Shown here: in pieces, positions 49,801 to 64,000 of the stretch
Layout: every line of letters starts with the position of its first letter
Numbering within the stretch: position 1 is the first letter of the stretch
Assembly (NCBI GenBank): GCA_964016885.1
Contig: OZ024753.1
Span: 23,994,001-24,058,000 of the forward strand
Direction of reading: 5' to 3'
Source of the DNA: Eledone cirrhosa
Taxonomy: Eukaryota
DNA: 64,000 nucleotides
Translations under genes and position numbers: made by a program
The notes under the pieces: generated by a model
Seen by the model: only the letters and a program-made list of their open reading frames with translations
Told to the model about the DNA's origin: nothing
The model's database searches: none

Positions 49801-52800
49801 TGTCTGTTGTTATGTTTATGTTGTGTTGTGTGTATTGTAATGTCTATTGTTTGTCTGTGTTGTGTGTATTGTAATGGCTCTTGTTATGTCTGTGTTGTGT
49901 TGTATGTATTGTAATTTATGTTCTCGTGTCTCTGTTGTGATGTGTGTATTGTAATGTCTGTTGTTATATCTGTGTTGTGTGTATTGTAATGTGTGTTGTT
50001 ATGTCTGTGTTGTGAGTATTGTAATGTCTGTTGTTATGTCTGTATTTTGTTGTATGTATTGGAATGTCTGTTGTTATGTCTGTGTTGTGTTGTGGTGTGT
50101 ATTGTAATGTCTGTTGTTATGTCTCTGTTAAGTTGTGTATGTTGAACTGTCTGTTGTTTGTCTGTGTTGTGTGTATTGTAATGGCTCTTGTTACGTATGT
50201 GTTGTGTTGTCTGTATTACAATTTCTGCTGTCATGTCTATGTTGTGAGGTGTGTATTGTAATGTTTGTTGTTATGTCTGTGTTGTGTTGTATGTAGTGTA
50301 ATGTCTCTTGTTATGTCTGTGTTGTGTGTATGGTAATGTCAGTTGTTATGTGTGTGTCGTGTTGTATGTAGTGTAATGTCTCTTGTTATGTCTGTGTTGT
50401 GTGTATGGTAATGTCAGTTGTTATGTGTGTGTCGTGTTGTATGTAGTGTAATGTCTGTTGTTATGTCTGTGTTGTGTGTATTGTAATGTCTGTTGTTCTG
50501 ACTGTATCGTGTGTATTGTAATGACGGTTGTTATGTTTGTGTTGTGTTGTGTGTATTGTAATGTCTGTTGTTATGTCTCCGTTGTGCGTATTTTAATGCC
50601 TGTTGTTATGTCTATGATGTGTGTACTTTAATGTATGCCGTTATGTCTGTGTTGTTTTGTATGTATTTTAATGTATATTGTTATGTCTGTGTTGTGTTGT
50701 GTATTGTAATGTATGTTGTTATGTTTGTATTATGTTGTATGTAATGTAATGTATGTTGTTATGTCTGTGTTGTGTGTATTGTAATGTCTGTTGTTATATC
50801 TGTGTTGTGTGTATTGTAATGTCTGTTGTTATGTCTGTCTTGTGTTGTGTGTATTGTAATGTCTGTTGTTATATCTGTGTTGTGTTGTGTGTATTGTATT
50901 GCCTGGTATTATGTCCGTGTTGTGTGTATTGTAATGTTTGTTGTTATGTCTGTGTTGTGTTGTGGGTAATGTAATGTCTGTTGTTATGTCTGTGTTGTGT
51001 GTATTGTAATGTCTTTTGTTATGTCTGTGTTTTGTTGTATGTATTGTAATGTATGTTGTTATGTCTGTGTTGTGTTGTGGTATGTATTGTAATGTCTGTT
51101 GTTATGTCTCTGTTGTGTAGTGTGTATTGAAATGTATGTTGTTATGTCTGTGGTGTGTGTATCGTAATGTCTGTGGTTATGTAAGTGTTGTGTTGTGTGG
51201 ATTGTAATGTCTGTTGTTATGTCTATGTTGTGTTGTGTATATTGTAATGTCTGTTGTTATATCTGTGTTATGTGTATTTTAATGCCTCTTGTTATGTCTG
51301 TGTTGTGTTGTATGTATTGCAATATCTGTTGTCATGTCTGTGTTGTGATGTGTGCATTTAATGTCTGTTTTTATGTCTGTGGTTTATGTAGTGTAATGTC
51401 TGTTGTTATGTCTGTGTTGTATATATTGTAATGTGTGTTGTTATATCTGTGTTGTGTGTATTGTAATGTCTGTTGTTATGTCTGGGTTGTGTGTATTGTA
51501 ATGTCTGTGTCATGTCTGTGTTGTGTTGTATCTATTTTAATGTATGTTGTTATGTCTGTGTTGTGTTGTTTGTAATGTAATGTCTGTTGTTATGTCTGTG
51601 TTGTATGTAGTGTAATGTCTGTTGTTATGTCTGTGTTGTGTGTATTGTGATGTCAGTTGTTATGTCTGTGTTGTGTTGTATGTACTGTAATATCTGTTGT
51701 TATGTCTGTGTTGTGTGTATTGTAATGTCTGTTGTTATGTCTGTGTTGTGTGTATTGTAATGTATGTTGTTATGTCTGTGTTGTGTTGTATGTAGTGTAA
51801 TGTCTCTTGTTATGTCTGTGTTGTGTATATGGTAATGTCAGTTGTTATGTGTGTGTCGTGTTGTATGTAGTGTAATGTCTGTTGTTATGTCTGTGTTGTG
51901 TGTATCGTAATGTCTGTTGTTATGACTGTATCGTGTGTATTGTAATGACGGTTGTTATGTTTTTGTTGTGTTGTGTGTATTGTAATGTCTGTTGTTATGT
52001 CTCCGTTGTGCGTATTTTAATGCCTGTTGTTATGTCTATGATGTGTGTACTTTAATGTATGCCGTTATGTCTGTGTTGTTTTCTATGTATTTTAATGTAT
52101 ATTGTTATGTCTGTGTTGTGTTGTGTATTGTAATGTATGTTGTTATGTTTGTATTATGTTGTATGTAATGTAATGTATGTTGTTATGACTGTGTTGTGTG
52201 TATTGTAATGTCTGTTGTTATATCTGTGTTGTGTGTATTGTAATGTCTGTTGTTATGTCTGTCTTGTGTTGTGTGTATTGTAATGTCTTTTGTTATATCT
52301 GTGTTGTGTTGTGCGTATTGTATTGCCTGGTATTATGTCCGTGTTGTGTGTATTGTAATGTCTGTTGTTATGTCTGTGTTGTGTTGTGGGTAATGTAATG
52401 TCTGTTGTTATGTCTGTGTTGTGTGTATTGTAATGTCTTTTGTTATGTCTGTGTTTTGTTGTATGTATTGTAATGTCTGTTGTTATGTCTGTGTTGTGTT
52501 GTGGTATGTATTGTAATGTCTGTTGTTATGTCTCTGTCGTGTAGTGTGTATTGAAATGTATGTTGTTATGTCTGTGGTGTGTGTATCGTAATGTCTGTGG
52601 TTATGTAAGTGTTGTGTTGTGTGGATTGTAATGTCTGTTGTTATGTTGTGATGTGTATATTGTAATGTCTGTTGTTATATCTGTGTTATGTGTATTTTAA
52701 TGCCTCTTGTTATGTCTGTGTTGTGTTGTATGTATTGCAATTGCTGTTGTCATGTCTGTGTTGTGATGTGTTCATTTAATGTCTGTTGTTATGTCTGTAG

Positions 52801-55800
52801 TTTATGTAGTGTAATGTCTGTTGTTATGTCTGTGTTGTATATATTGTAATGTGTGTTGTTATATCTGTGTTGTGTGTATTGTAATGTCTGTTTTTATGTC
52901 TGGGTTGTGTGTATTGTAATGTCTGTGTCATGTCTGTGTTGTGTTGTATCTATTTTAATGTATGTTGTTATGTCTGTGTTGTGTTGTATGTAATGTAATG
53001 TCTGTTGTTATGTCTGTGTTGTATGTAGTGTAATGTCTGTTGTTATGTCTGTGTTGTGTGTATTGTAATGTCAGTTGTTATGTCTGTGTTGTGTTGTATG
53101 TAATGTAATATCTGTTGTTATGTCTGTGTTGTGTGTATTGTAATGTCTGTTGTTATGAATGTATCGTGTGTATGGTAATGACGGTTGTTATGTTTGTGTT
53201 GTGTTGTGTGTATTGTAATGTCTGCTGTTATGTCTGCGTTGTGCGTATTATAATGTCTGTTGTTATGTATATGCTGTGTGTACTTTAATGTATATATTTA
53301 TGTCTTTGTTTTGTTGTATGTATTTTAATGTATATTGTTATGTCTGTGTTGTGTTGTGTGTATTGTAATGTATGTTGTTATGTCTGTGGTGTGTGTATTG
53401 TAATGTCTGTTGTTATGTCTTTGTTGTGTTGCGTGTATTGTAATTTCTGTTGTTATGTATGTATGATGTTGTTTGTATTGTAATGTCTGTTGTTATGTCT
53501 GTGTTGTGTGTATTGTAATGTATGTTGTCAAGTCTGTGTTGTGAGGTGTGTATTTTAATGTCTGTTGTTATGTCTGTGGTGTTTGTATTGTAATGTCTGT
53601 TGTTATGTCTCTGTTGTGTTGTGTGTATTGAACTGTCCGTTGTTATGTATGTGTTGTGTATATTGTAATGTGTGGTTGTGACTGTGTTGTATGTGTGCAT
53701 TGCAATGTCTGTTGTTATGTCTATGTTGTGTTGTGTGTATTGTAATGTCTGTTGTTATATCTGTGTTGTGTTGTGTGTATTGTAATGTCTGTTGTTATAT
53801 CTGTGTTGTGTTGTGTGTATTGTATTGGCTGGTGTCATGTCTGTGTTGTCTGTATTGTAATGTCTGTTGTTATGTCTGTGTTGTGTTGTGGGTATTGTAA
53901 TGTCTTTTGTTATGTCTGTGTTTTGTTGTATGTATTGTAATGTCTGTTGTTATGTATGTGTTGTGTTGTGGTATGCATTGCAATGTCTGTTGTTATGTCT
54001 CTGTTGTGTAGTGTGTATTGAAATGTCTGTTGTTATGTCTGTGTTGTGTGTATTGTAATGTCTGTTGTTATGACTGTGTTGTGTGTATTGTAATTACTCT
54101 TATTATGTCTGTGTTGTGGTGTATGTATTGTAATTTATGTTGTCATGTCTGTGTTGTGATGTGTGCATTGTAATATCCATTGTTATGTCTGTGTTGTGTG
54201 TATTGTAATCTCTGTTGTAATGTCTATCTTGTGATGTGTTTTTTGTAATGTATGTTGTTATGTCTGTGTTGTGTTTTGTTTTTTGTAATGTATGTTATGT
54301 CTGTGTTGTGTTGTATGTAGTGTAATGTCTCTTGTTATGTCTGTGTTGTATGTAGAGTAATGTCTGTTGTTATTTCTGTGTTGTGCGTATTGTAATGTCT
54401 GTTGTTATGACTGTATCGTGTGTATTGTAATGACGGTTGTTATGCTTGTGTTGTGTTGTGTTTATTGTAATGTCTGCTGTTATGTCTGCGTTGTGCGTAT
54501 TTTAATGTCTGTTGTTATGTCTATGCTGTATCTGCTTTAATGTCTGTGTTGTGTTGTATGTATTTTAATGTCTGTTGTTATGTTTGTGTTATGTTGTATG
54601 TACTGTAATGTCTGTTGTTATGTCTGTGTTGTGTGTATTGTAATGTTTGCTGTTATGTCTGTGTTGTGTTGTGGTGTGTATCGTAATGTTTGTGGTTATG
54701 TCTCTGTTGTGTTGTGTGTATTGAAATGTCTGTTGTTATGTCTGTGTTGTGTGTATTGTAATGTCTGTGGTTATGTATGTGTTGTGTTGTGTGTATTGTA
54801 ATGTCTGTTTTTATGTCTATGTTGTGTTGTGTATATTGTAATGTCTGTTGTTATGTCTGTGTTGTGTGTATTGTAATGGCTCTTGTTAAGTCTGTGTTGT
54901 GTTGTATGTATTGCAATTTCTGTTGTCATGTCAATGTTGTGATGCGTGTATTGTAATGTCTGTTGTTATATCTGTGTTGTGTTGATTGTATTTTAATGTC
55001 TGTTGCTATGTCTGTGTGGTGTTGTATGTAATGTAATATCTGGTGTTATGTCTGCGTTGTGCTGTATGTAGTGTAATGTCTCTTGTTATGTCTGTATTGT
55101 GTTTATTGTAATGTCACTTGTTATGTCTGTGATGTGTTGTGTGTATTGTAATGTATGTTGTTATGTGTGTGTTGTGTTGTGTGTATTGTAATGGCTGTTG
55201 TTATATCTGTGTTGTGTTGAGTGTATTGTATTGTCTGGGGTTATGTATGTGTTGTGTGTATTGTAATGTCTGCTGTTATGTCTGTGTTGTGTGTATTGTA
55301 ATGGCTCTTGTTATGTCTGTGTTGTGTTGTATGTATTGTAATGTCTGTTGTCATGTCCGTGTTGTGATGTGTGTATTGTAATGTCTGTTATTATGTCTGT
55401 GTTGTGTGTATTGTAATGTCTGTTGTTATGTCTTTGTTGTGTGTATTGTAATGTCTATTGTTATGTCTGCGTTTTGTTGTATGAATTGTAATGTCTGTTG
55501 TTATGTCTGTGGTGTGTTGTGTGTATTGTAATGTCTGTTGTTATATCTGTGTTGTATGTATTGTGATGTCTGTTGTTATATCTGTGTTGTGTTGTGTAGT
55601 TTAATGTCTGTTGTTATGTATGTGTTGTGCTGTATGTATTGTAATGTCTGTTGTTATGACTGTGTTGGGTTATGTGTATTGTAATGTCTGTTGTGATGTA
55701 AGTGTTGTGTTGCGTGTATTGTAATGTCTGTTGTTGTTTATGTTGTGTTGTGTGTATTGTAATGTCTATTGTTTGTCTGTGTTGTGTGTATTGTAATGGC

Positions 55801-58800
55801 TCTTGCTATGTCTGTGTTGTGTTGTATGTATTGTAATTTATGTTCTCGTGTCTCTGTTGTGATGTGTGTATTGTAATGTCTGTTGTTATATCTGTGTTGT
55901 GTGTATTGTAATGTGTGTTGTTATGTCTGTGTTGTGTGTATTGTAATGTCTGTTGTTATGTCTGTATTTTGTTGTATGTATTGGAATGTCTGTTGTTATG
56001 TCTGTGTTGTGTTGTGGTGTGTATTGTAATGTCTGTTGTTATGTCTCTGTTAAGTTGTGTATGTTGAAATGTCTGTTGTTTGTCTGTGTTGTCTGTATTG
56101 TAATGGCTCTTGTTACGTATGTGTTGTGTTGTCTGTATTACAATTTCTGCTGTCATGTCTATGTTGTGAGGTGTGTATTGTAATGTTTGTTGTTATGTCT
56201 GGGTTGTGTGTATTGTAATGTATGTTGTTATGTCTGTGTTTCGTTTTGTTTTTTGTAATATATGTAGTTATGTCTGTGTTGTATGTATTGTAATGCCTGT
56301 TGTTATGTCTGTGTTGTGTTGTATGTAGTGTAATGTCTCTTGTTATGTCTGTGTTGTGTTGTATGTATTGCAATTACTGTTGTCATGTCTATGTTGTGAG
56401 GTGTGTATTGTAATGTCTGTTGTTATGTCTGGGTTGTGTGTATTGTAATGTATGTTGTTATGTCTGTGTTGTGTTGTATGTATTGTAATGTCTCTTGTTA
56501 TGTCTGTGTTGTGTGTATGGTAATGTCAGTTGTTATGTGTGTGTCGTGTTGTATGTAGTGTAATGTCCGTTGTTATGTCTGTGTTCTGTGTATTGTAATG
56601 TCTGTTGTTATGACTGTATCGTGTGTATTGTAATGACGGTTGTTATGTTTGTGTTGTGTTGTGTGTATTGTAATTGATCTTGTTATGTCTGTGTTGTGCG
56701 TATTTTAATGCCTGTTGTTATGTCTATGATGTGTGTACTTTAATGTATGCCGTTATGCCTGTGTTGTTTTGTATGTATTTTAATGTGGTGTGTGTATCGT
56801 AATGTCTGTGATTATGTAAGTGTTGTGTTGTGTGCATTGTAATGTCTGTTGTTATGTCTATGTTGTGTATATTGTAATGTCTGTTGTTATATCTGTGTTA
56901 TGTGTATTTCAATGCCTCTTGTTATGTCTGTGTTGTGTTGTATGTATTGCAATTTCTGTTGTCATGTCTGTGTTGTGATGTGTGCATTGTAATGTCTGTT
57001 GTTATGTCTGTGTTTTATGTAGTGTAATGTCTGTTGTTATGTCTGTGTTGTATATATTGTAATGTGTGTTGTTATATCTGTGTTGTGTGTATTGTAATGT
57101 CTGTTGTTATGTCTTGGTTGTGTGTATTGTAATGTCTGTGTCATGTCTGTGTTTTGTTGTATCTATTTTAATGTATGTTGTTATGTCTGTGTTGTGTTGT
57201 ATGTAATGTAATGGCTGTTGTTATGTCTGTGTTGTGTGTATTGTAATGTCTGTTGTTATGAATGTATCGTGTGTATTGTAATGACGGTTGTTATGTTTGT
57301 GTTGTGTTGTGTGTATTGTAATGTCTGCTGTTATGTCTGCGTTGTGCGTATTATAATGTCTGTTGTTATGTCTATGCTGTATGTACTTTAATGTACATCT
57401 TTATGTCTTTGTTTTGTTGTATGTATTTTAATGTATATTGTTATGTCTGTGTTGTGTTGTGTGTATTGTAATGTATGTTGTTATGTCTGTGGTGTGTGTA
57501 TTGTAATGTCTGTTATGTCTTTGTTGTGTTGCGTGTATTGTAATTTCTGTTGTTATGTCTGTGTGGTGTTGTTTGTATTGTAATGTCTGTTGTTATGTCT
57601 GTGTTGTGTTGTGTGTATTGTAATTTCTGTTGTTATGTCTGTGTGGTGTTGTTTGTATTGTAATGTCTGTTGTTATGTCTGTGTTGTGTGTATTGTAATG
57701 TCTGTTGTCAAGTCTGTGTTTTGAGGTGTGTAATTTAATGTCTGTTGTTATGTCTGTGTTGTGTGTATTGTAATGTTTGTTGTTATGTCTGTGTTGTGTG
57801 TATTGTAATGTCTTTTGTTGTGTCTGTATTGTGTTGTATGTATTGGAATGTCTGTTGTTATGTCTGTGTTGTGTTGTGGTGTGTATTGTAATGTCTGTTG
57901 TTATGTCTCTGTTGAGTTGTGTATGTTGAAATGTCTGTTGTTTGTCTGTGTTGTGTGTATTGTAATGGCTCTTGTTACGTATGTGTTGTGTTGTCTGTAT
58001 TACAATTTCTGCTGTCATGTCTATGTTGTGAGGTGTGTATTGTAATGTTTGTTGTTATGTCTGGGTTGTGTGTATTGTAATGTATGTTGTTATGTCTGTG
58101 TTTCGTTTTGTTTTTTGTAATATATGTAGTTATGTCTGTGTTGTATGTATTGTAATGTCTGTTGTTATGTCTGTGTTGTATGTATTGTAATGTGTGTTTG
58201 TGCCTGTGTTGTATGTGTGCATTGCAATGTCTGTTGTTATGTCTATGTTGTGTTGTGTGTATTGTAATGTCTGTTGTTATATCTGTGTTGTGTGTGTGTA
58301 TTGTAATGTCTGTTGTTATATCTGTGTTGTGTTGTGGTTATTGTAATGTCTTTTGTTATTTCTGTGTTTTGTTGTATGTATTGTAATGTCTGTTGTTATG
58401 TATGTGTTGTGTTGTGGTATGTATTTCGATGTCTGTTGTTATGTCACTGTTGTGTAGTGTGTATTGAAATGTCTGTTGTTATGTCTGTGTTGTGTGTATT
58501 GTAATGTCTGTTGTTATGTCTATGTTGTGTTGTGTATATTGTAATGTCTGTTGTTATGACTGTGTTGTGTGTATTGTAATTACTCTTATTATGTCTGTGT
58601 TGTGTTGTATGTATTGCAATTTCTGTTGTCATGTCTGTGTTGTGATGTATGTAGTGTAATGTCTCTTGTTATGTCTGTGTTGTGTGTATTGTAATGTCAG
58701 TTGTTATATCTGTGTTGTGTTGTATGTACTGCCATGTCTGTTGTCATGTCTCTGTTGTGTTGTATGTAGTGTAATGTCTGTTGTTATGTCTGTGTTGTGC

Positions 58801-61800
58801 GTATTGTAATGTCTGTTGTTATGATTGTATCGTGTGTATTGTAATGACGGTTGTTATGCTTGTGTTGTGTTGTGTGTATTGTAATGTCTCTGTTATGTCT
58901 GCGTTGTGCGTATTTTAATGTCTGTTGTTATGTCTATGCTGTATCTGCTTTAATGTCTGTGTTGTGTTGTATGTATTTTAATGTCTGTTGTTATGTTTGT
59001 GTTATGTTGTATGTACTGTAATGTCTGTTGTTATGTCTGTGTTGTGTGTATTGTAATGTTTGCTGTTATGTCTGTGTTGTGTTGTGGTGTGTATCGTAAT
59101 GTCTGTGGTTATGTCCCTGTTGTGTTGTGTGTATTGAAATGTCTGTTGTTATGTCTCTGTTGTGTGTATTGTAATGTCTGTGGTTATGTATGTGTTGTGT
59201 TGTGTGTATTGTAATGTCTGTTTTTATGTCTATGTTGTGTTGTGTATATTGTATTGTCTGTTGTTATGTCTGTGTTGTGTGTATTGTAATGGCTCTTGTT
59301 AAGTCTGTGTTGTGTTGTATGTATTGCAATTTCTGTTGTCATGTCAATGTTGTGATGTGTGTATTGTAATGTATGTTGTTATGTCTGTGTTGTGTTGATT
59401 ATATTTTAATGTCTGTTGCTATGTCTGTGTGGTGTTGTATGTAATGTAATGTCTGGTGTTATGTCTGCGTTGTGTTGTATGTAGTGTAATGTCTCTTGTT
59501 ATGTCTGTGTTGTGTGTATTGTAATGTCACTTGTTATGTCTGTGATGTGTTGTGTGTATAGTAATGTCTGTTGTTATGTTTGTGTTGTGTTGTGTGTATT
59601 GTAATGTATGTTGTCATGTCTGTGTTGTGATGTGTTTATTGTAATGTCTGTTATTATGTCTGTGTTGTGTGTATTGTAATGTCTGTGGTTATGTCTTTGT
59701 TGTGTGTATTGTAATGTCTATTGTTATGTCTGCGTTTTGTTGTATGAATTGTAATGTCTGTTGTTATGTCTGTGGTGTGTTGTGTGTATTGTAATGTCTG
59801 TTGTTATATCTGTGTTGTATGTATTGTGATGTCTGTTGTTATATCTGTGTTGTGTTGTGTAGTTTAATGTCTATTGTTATGTATGTGTTGTGCTGTATGT
59901 ATTGTAATGTCTGTTGTTATGACTGTGTTGTGTTGTGTGTATTGTAATGTCTGTTGTTATGTTTATGTTATGTTGTGTGTATTGTAATGTCTATTGTTTG
60001 TCTGTGTTGTGTGTATTGTAATGGCTCTTGTTATGTCTGTGTTGTGTTGTATGTATTGTAATTTCTGTTCTCAAGTCTCTGTTGTGATGGGTGTATTGTA
60101 ATGTCTGTTGTTATGTCTGTGTTGTGTGTATTGTAACGTGTGTTGTTATGTCTGTGTTGTGTGTATCGTAATGTCTGTTGTTGTGTCTGTATTTTGTTGT
60201 ATGTATAGGAATGTCTGTTGTTATGTCTGTGTTGTGTTGTGGTGTGTATTGTAATGTCTGTTGTTATGTCTCTGTTGAGTTGTGTATGTTGAAATGTCTG
60301 TTGTTTGTCTATGTTGTGTGTATTGTAATGGCTCTTGTTTCGTATGTGTTGTGTTGTCTGTATTACAATTTCTGCTGTCATGTCTATGTTGTGAGGTGTG
60401 TATTGTAATGTTTGTTTTTATGTCTGGGTTGTGTGTATTGTAATGTATGTTGTTGTGTCTGTGTTTCCTTTTGTTTTTTGTAATATATGTAGTTATGTCT
60501 GTGTTGTATGTATTGTAATGTCTGTTGTTATGTCTGTGTTGTGTTGTATGTAGTGTAATGTCTCTTGTTATGTCTGTGTTGTGTGTATGGTAATGTCAGT
60601 TGTTATGTCTGTGTTGTGTTGTATGTAGTGTAATGTCTGTTGTTATGTCTGTGTTGTGTGTATCGTAATGTCTGTTGTTATGAATGTATCGTGTGTATTG
60701 TAATGACGGTTGTTATGTTTGTGTTGTGTTGTGTGTATTGTAATGTCTGTTGTTATGTCTCCGTTGTGCGTATTTTGATGCTTGTTGTTATGTCTATGAT
60801 GTGTGTACTTTAATGTATGTCGTTATGTCTGTGTTGTTTTGTATGTATTTTAATGTATATTGTTATGTCTGTGTTGTGTTGTGTATTGTAATGTCTGTTG
60901 TTATGTTTGTATTATGTTGTATGTACTGTAATGTATGTTGTTATGTCTGTGTTGTGTGTATTGTAATGTCTGTTGTTATATCTGTGTTGTGTGTATTGTA
61001 ATGTCTGTTGTTAAGTGTGTGTTGTGTTGTCTGTATTGAAATGTCTGTTGTTATGTCTGTGGTGTGTGTATCGTAATGTCTGTGGTTATGTAAGTGTTGT
61101 GTTGTGTGGATTGTAATGTCTGTTGTTATGTTGTGATGTGTATATTGTAATGTCTGTTGTTATATCTGTGTTATGTGTATTTTAATGCCTCTTGTTATGT
61201 CTGTGTTGTGTTGTATGTATTGCAATTGCTGTTGTCATGTCTGTGTTGTGATGTGTTCATTTAATGTCTGTTGTTATGTCTGTAGTTTATGTAGTGTAAT
61301 GTCTGTTGTTATGTCTGTGTTGTATATATTGTAATGTGTGTTGTTATATCTGTGTTGTGTGTATTGTAATGTCTGTTTTTATGTCTGGGTTGTGTGTATT
61401 GTAATGTCTGTGTCATGTCTGTGTTGTGTTGTATCTATTTTAATGTATGTTGTTATGTCTGTGTTGTGTTGTATGTAATGTAATGTCTGTTGTTATGTCT
61501 GTGTTGTATGTAGTGTAATGTCTGTTGTTATGTCTGTGTTGTGTGTATTGTAATGTCAGTTGTTATGTCTGTGTTGTGTTGTATGTAATGTAATATCTGT
61601 TGTTATGTCTGTGTTGTGTGTATTGTAATGTCTGTTGTTATGAATGTATCGTGTGTATGGTAATGACGGTTGTTATGTTTGTGTTGTGTTGTGTGTATTG
61701 TAATGTCTGCTGTTATGTCTGCGTTGTGCGTATTATAATGTCTGTTGTTATGTATATGCTGTGTGTACTTTAATGTATATATTTATGTCTTTGTTTTGTT

Positions 61801-64000
61801 GTATGTATTTTAATGTATATTGTTATGTCTGTGTTGTGTTGTGTGTATTGTAATGTATGTTGTTATGTCTGTGGTGTGTGTATTGTAATGTCTGTTGTTA
61901 TGTCTTTGTTGTGTTGCGTGTATTGTAATTTCTGTTGTTATGTATGTATGATGTTGTTTGTATTGTAATGTCTGTTGTTATGTCTGTGTTGTGTGTATTG
62001 TAATGTATGTTGTCAAGTCTGTGTTGTGAGGTGTGTATTTTAATGTCTGTTGTTATGTCTGTGGTGTTTGTATTGTAATGTCTGTTGTTATGTCTCTGTT
62101 GTGTTGTGTGTATTGAACTGTCCGTTGTTATGTATGTGTTGTGTATATTGTAATGTGTGGTTGTGACTGTGTTGTATGTGTGCATTGCAATGTCTGTTGT
62201 TATGTCTATGTTGTGTTGTGTGTATTGTAATGTCTGTTGTTATATCTGTGTTGTGTTGTGTGTATTGTAATGTCTGTTGTTATATCTGTGTTGTGTTGTG
62301 TGTATTGTATTGGCTGGTGTCATGTCTGTGTTGTCTGTATTGTAATGTCTGTTGTTATGTCTGTGTTGTGTTGTGGGTATTGTAATGTCTTTTGTTATGT
62401 CTGTGTTTTGTTGTATGTATTGTAATGTCTGTTGTTATGTATGTGTTGTGTTGTGGTATGCATTGCAATGTCTGTTGTTATGTCTCTGTTGTGTAGTGTG
62501 TATTGAAATGTCTGTTGTTATGTCTGTGTTGTGTGTATTGTAATGTCTGTTGTTATGACTGTGTTGTGTTGTGTGTATTGTAATGTCTGTTGTTATGTTT
62601 ATGTTATGTTGTGTGTATTGTAATGTCTATTGTTTGTCTGTGTTGTGTGTATTGTAATGGCTCTTGTTATGTCTGTGTTGTGTTGTATGTATTGTAATTT
62701 CTGTTCTCAAGTCTCTGTTGTGATGGGTGTATTGTAATGTCTGTTGTTATGTCTGTGTTGTGTGTATTGTAACGTGTGTTGTTATGTCTGTGTTGTGTGT
62801 ATCGTAATGTCTGTTGTTGTGTCTGTATTTTGTTGTATGTATAGGAATGTCTGTTGTTATGTCTGTGTTGTGTTGTGGTGTGTATTGTAATGTCTGTTGT
62901 TATGTCTCTGTTGAGTTGTGTATGTTGAAATGTCTGTTGTTTGTCTATGTTGTGTGTATTGTAATGGCTCTTGTTTCGTATGTGTTGTGTTGTCTGTATT
63001 ACAATTTCTGCTGTCATGTCTATGTTGTGAGGTGTGTATTGTAATGTTTGTTGTTATGTCTGGGTTGTGTGTATTGTAATGTATGTTGTTGTGTCTGTGT
63101 TTCCTTTTGTTTTTTGTAATATATGTAGTTATGTCTGTGTTGTATGTATTGTAATGTCTGTTGTTATGTCTGTGTTGTGTTGTATGTAGTGTAATGTCTC
63201 TTGTTATGTCTGTGTTGTGTGTATGGTAATGTCAGTTGTTATGTCTGTGTTGTGTTGTATGTAGTGTAATGTCTGTTGTTATGTCTGTGTTGTGTGTATC
63301 GTAATGTCTGTTGTTATGAATGTATCGTGTGTATTGTAATGACGGTTGTTATGTTTGTGTTGTGTTGTGTGTATTGTAATGTCTGTTGTTATGTCTCCGT
63401 TGTGCGTATTTTGATGCTTGTTGTTATGTCTATGATGTGTGTACTTTAATGTATGTCGTTATGTCTGTGTTGTTTTGTATGTATTTTAATGTATATTGTT
63501 ATGTCTGTGTTGTGTTGTGTATTGTAATGTCTGTTGTTATGTTTGTATTATGTTGTATGTACTGTAATGTATGTTGTTATGTCTGTGTTGTGTGTATTGT
63601 AATGTCTGTTGTTATATCTGTGTTGTGTGTATTGTAATGTCTGTTGTTAAGTGTGTGTTGTGTTGTCTGTATTGAAATGTCTGTTGTTATGTCTGTGGTG
63701 TGTGTATCGTAATGTCTGTGGTTATGTAAGTGTTGTGTTGTGTGGATTGTAATGTCTGTTGTTATGTTGTGATGTGTATATTGTAATGTCTGTTGTTATA
63801 TCTGTGTTATGTGTATTTTAATGCCTCTTGTTATGTCTGTGTTGTGTTGTATGTATTGCAATTGCTGTTGTCATGTCTGTGTTGTGATGTGTTCATTTAA
63901 TGTCTGTTGTTATGTCTGTAGTTTATGTAGTGTAATGTCTGTTGTTATGTCTGTGTTGTATATATTGTAATGTGTGTTGTTATATCTGTGTTGTGTGTAT
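43870..64000. repeat. Satellite, 35/40-bp monomer TTGTAATGTCTG-TTGTTATGTCTG-TGT(TGTGT)TGTGTGTA, with higher-order blocks
   Basis: Continuous head-to-tail array built on a 12-bp subrepeat, strongly G/T-rich on the plus strand. Runs off the window end. Confidence 0.97.

Noticed and set aside
43885-63637. Cys/Val-rich and Thr/His-rich ORFs resembling metallothionein or mucin
   Set aside because: Products of the satellite; frequent stops and monomer lengths not multiples of three.

Overview
AT-rich, repeat-saturated eukaryotic DNA with no recognisable host protein-coding gene. The SINE set and the (TA)n/(TACA)n density suggest an octopus or other coleoid genome, but that is inference. The window opens with a TAACTAGAGAGACG(TG)n minisatellite containing periodic inversions (1-3074) and closes with about 20 kb of 35/40-bp GT-rich satellite with kb-scale higher-order structure (43870-64000). 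Between them lie decayed Penelope-like elements (PLEs; RT + GIY-YIG) of two types, 3' fragments of Tx1/L1, R4/Dong-like and RTE LINEs, a mariner relic and many tRNA-derived SINEs. The main hidden signal is RNA-structural: about 25 type I hammerhead ribozyme (HHR) motifs (intact or degenerate) from several unrelated non-coding families, most sitting in (TA)n. The best case is a young, non-coding 591-bp unit arranged as about 1.8 inverted plus 3.6 direct near-identical copies (34391-37606), with a second insertion at 17407-18277. Each unit carries a non-canonical HHR core (UUGAUAA, i.e. C3-G8 replaced by U3-A8), a palindromic stem III and an enlarged stem II. This looks like a retrozyme-like or non-autonomous PLE-derived system. 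All structures were read by eye; none were computed or tested.
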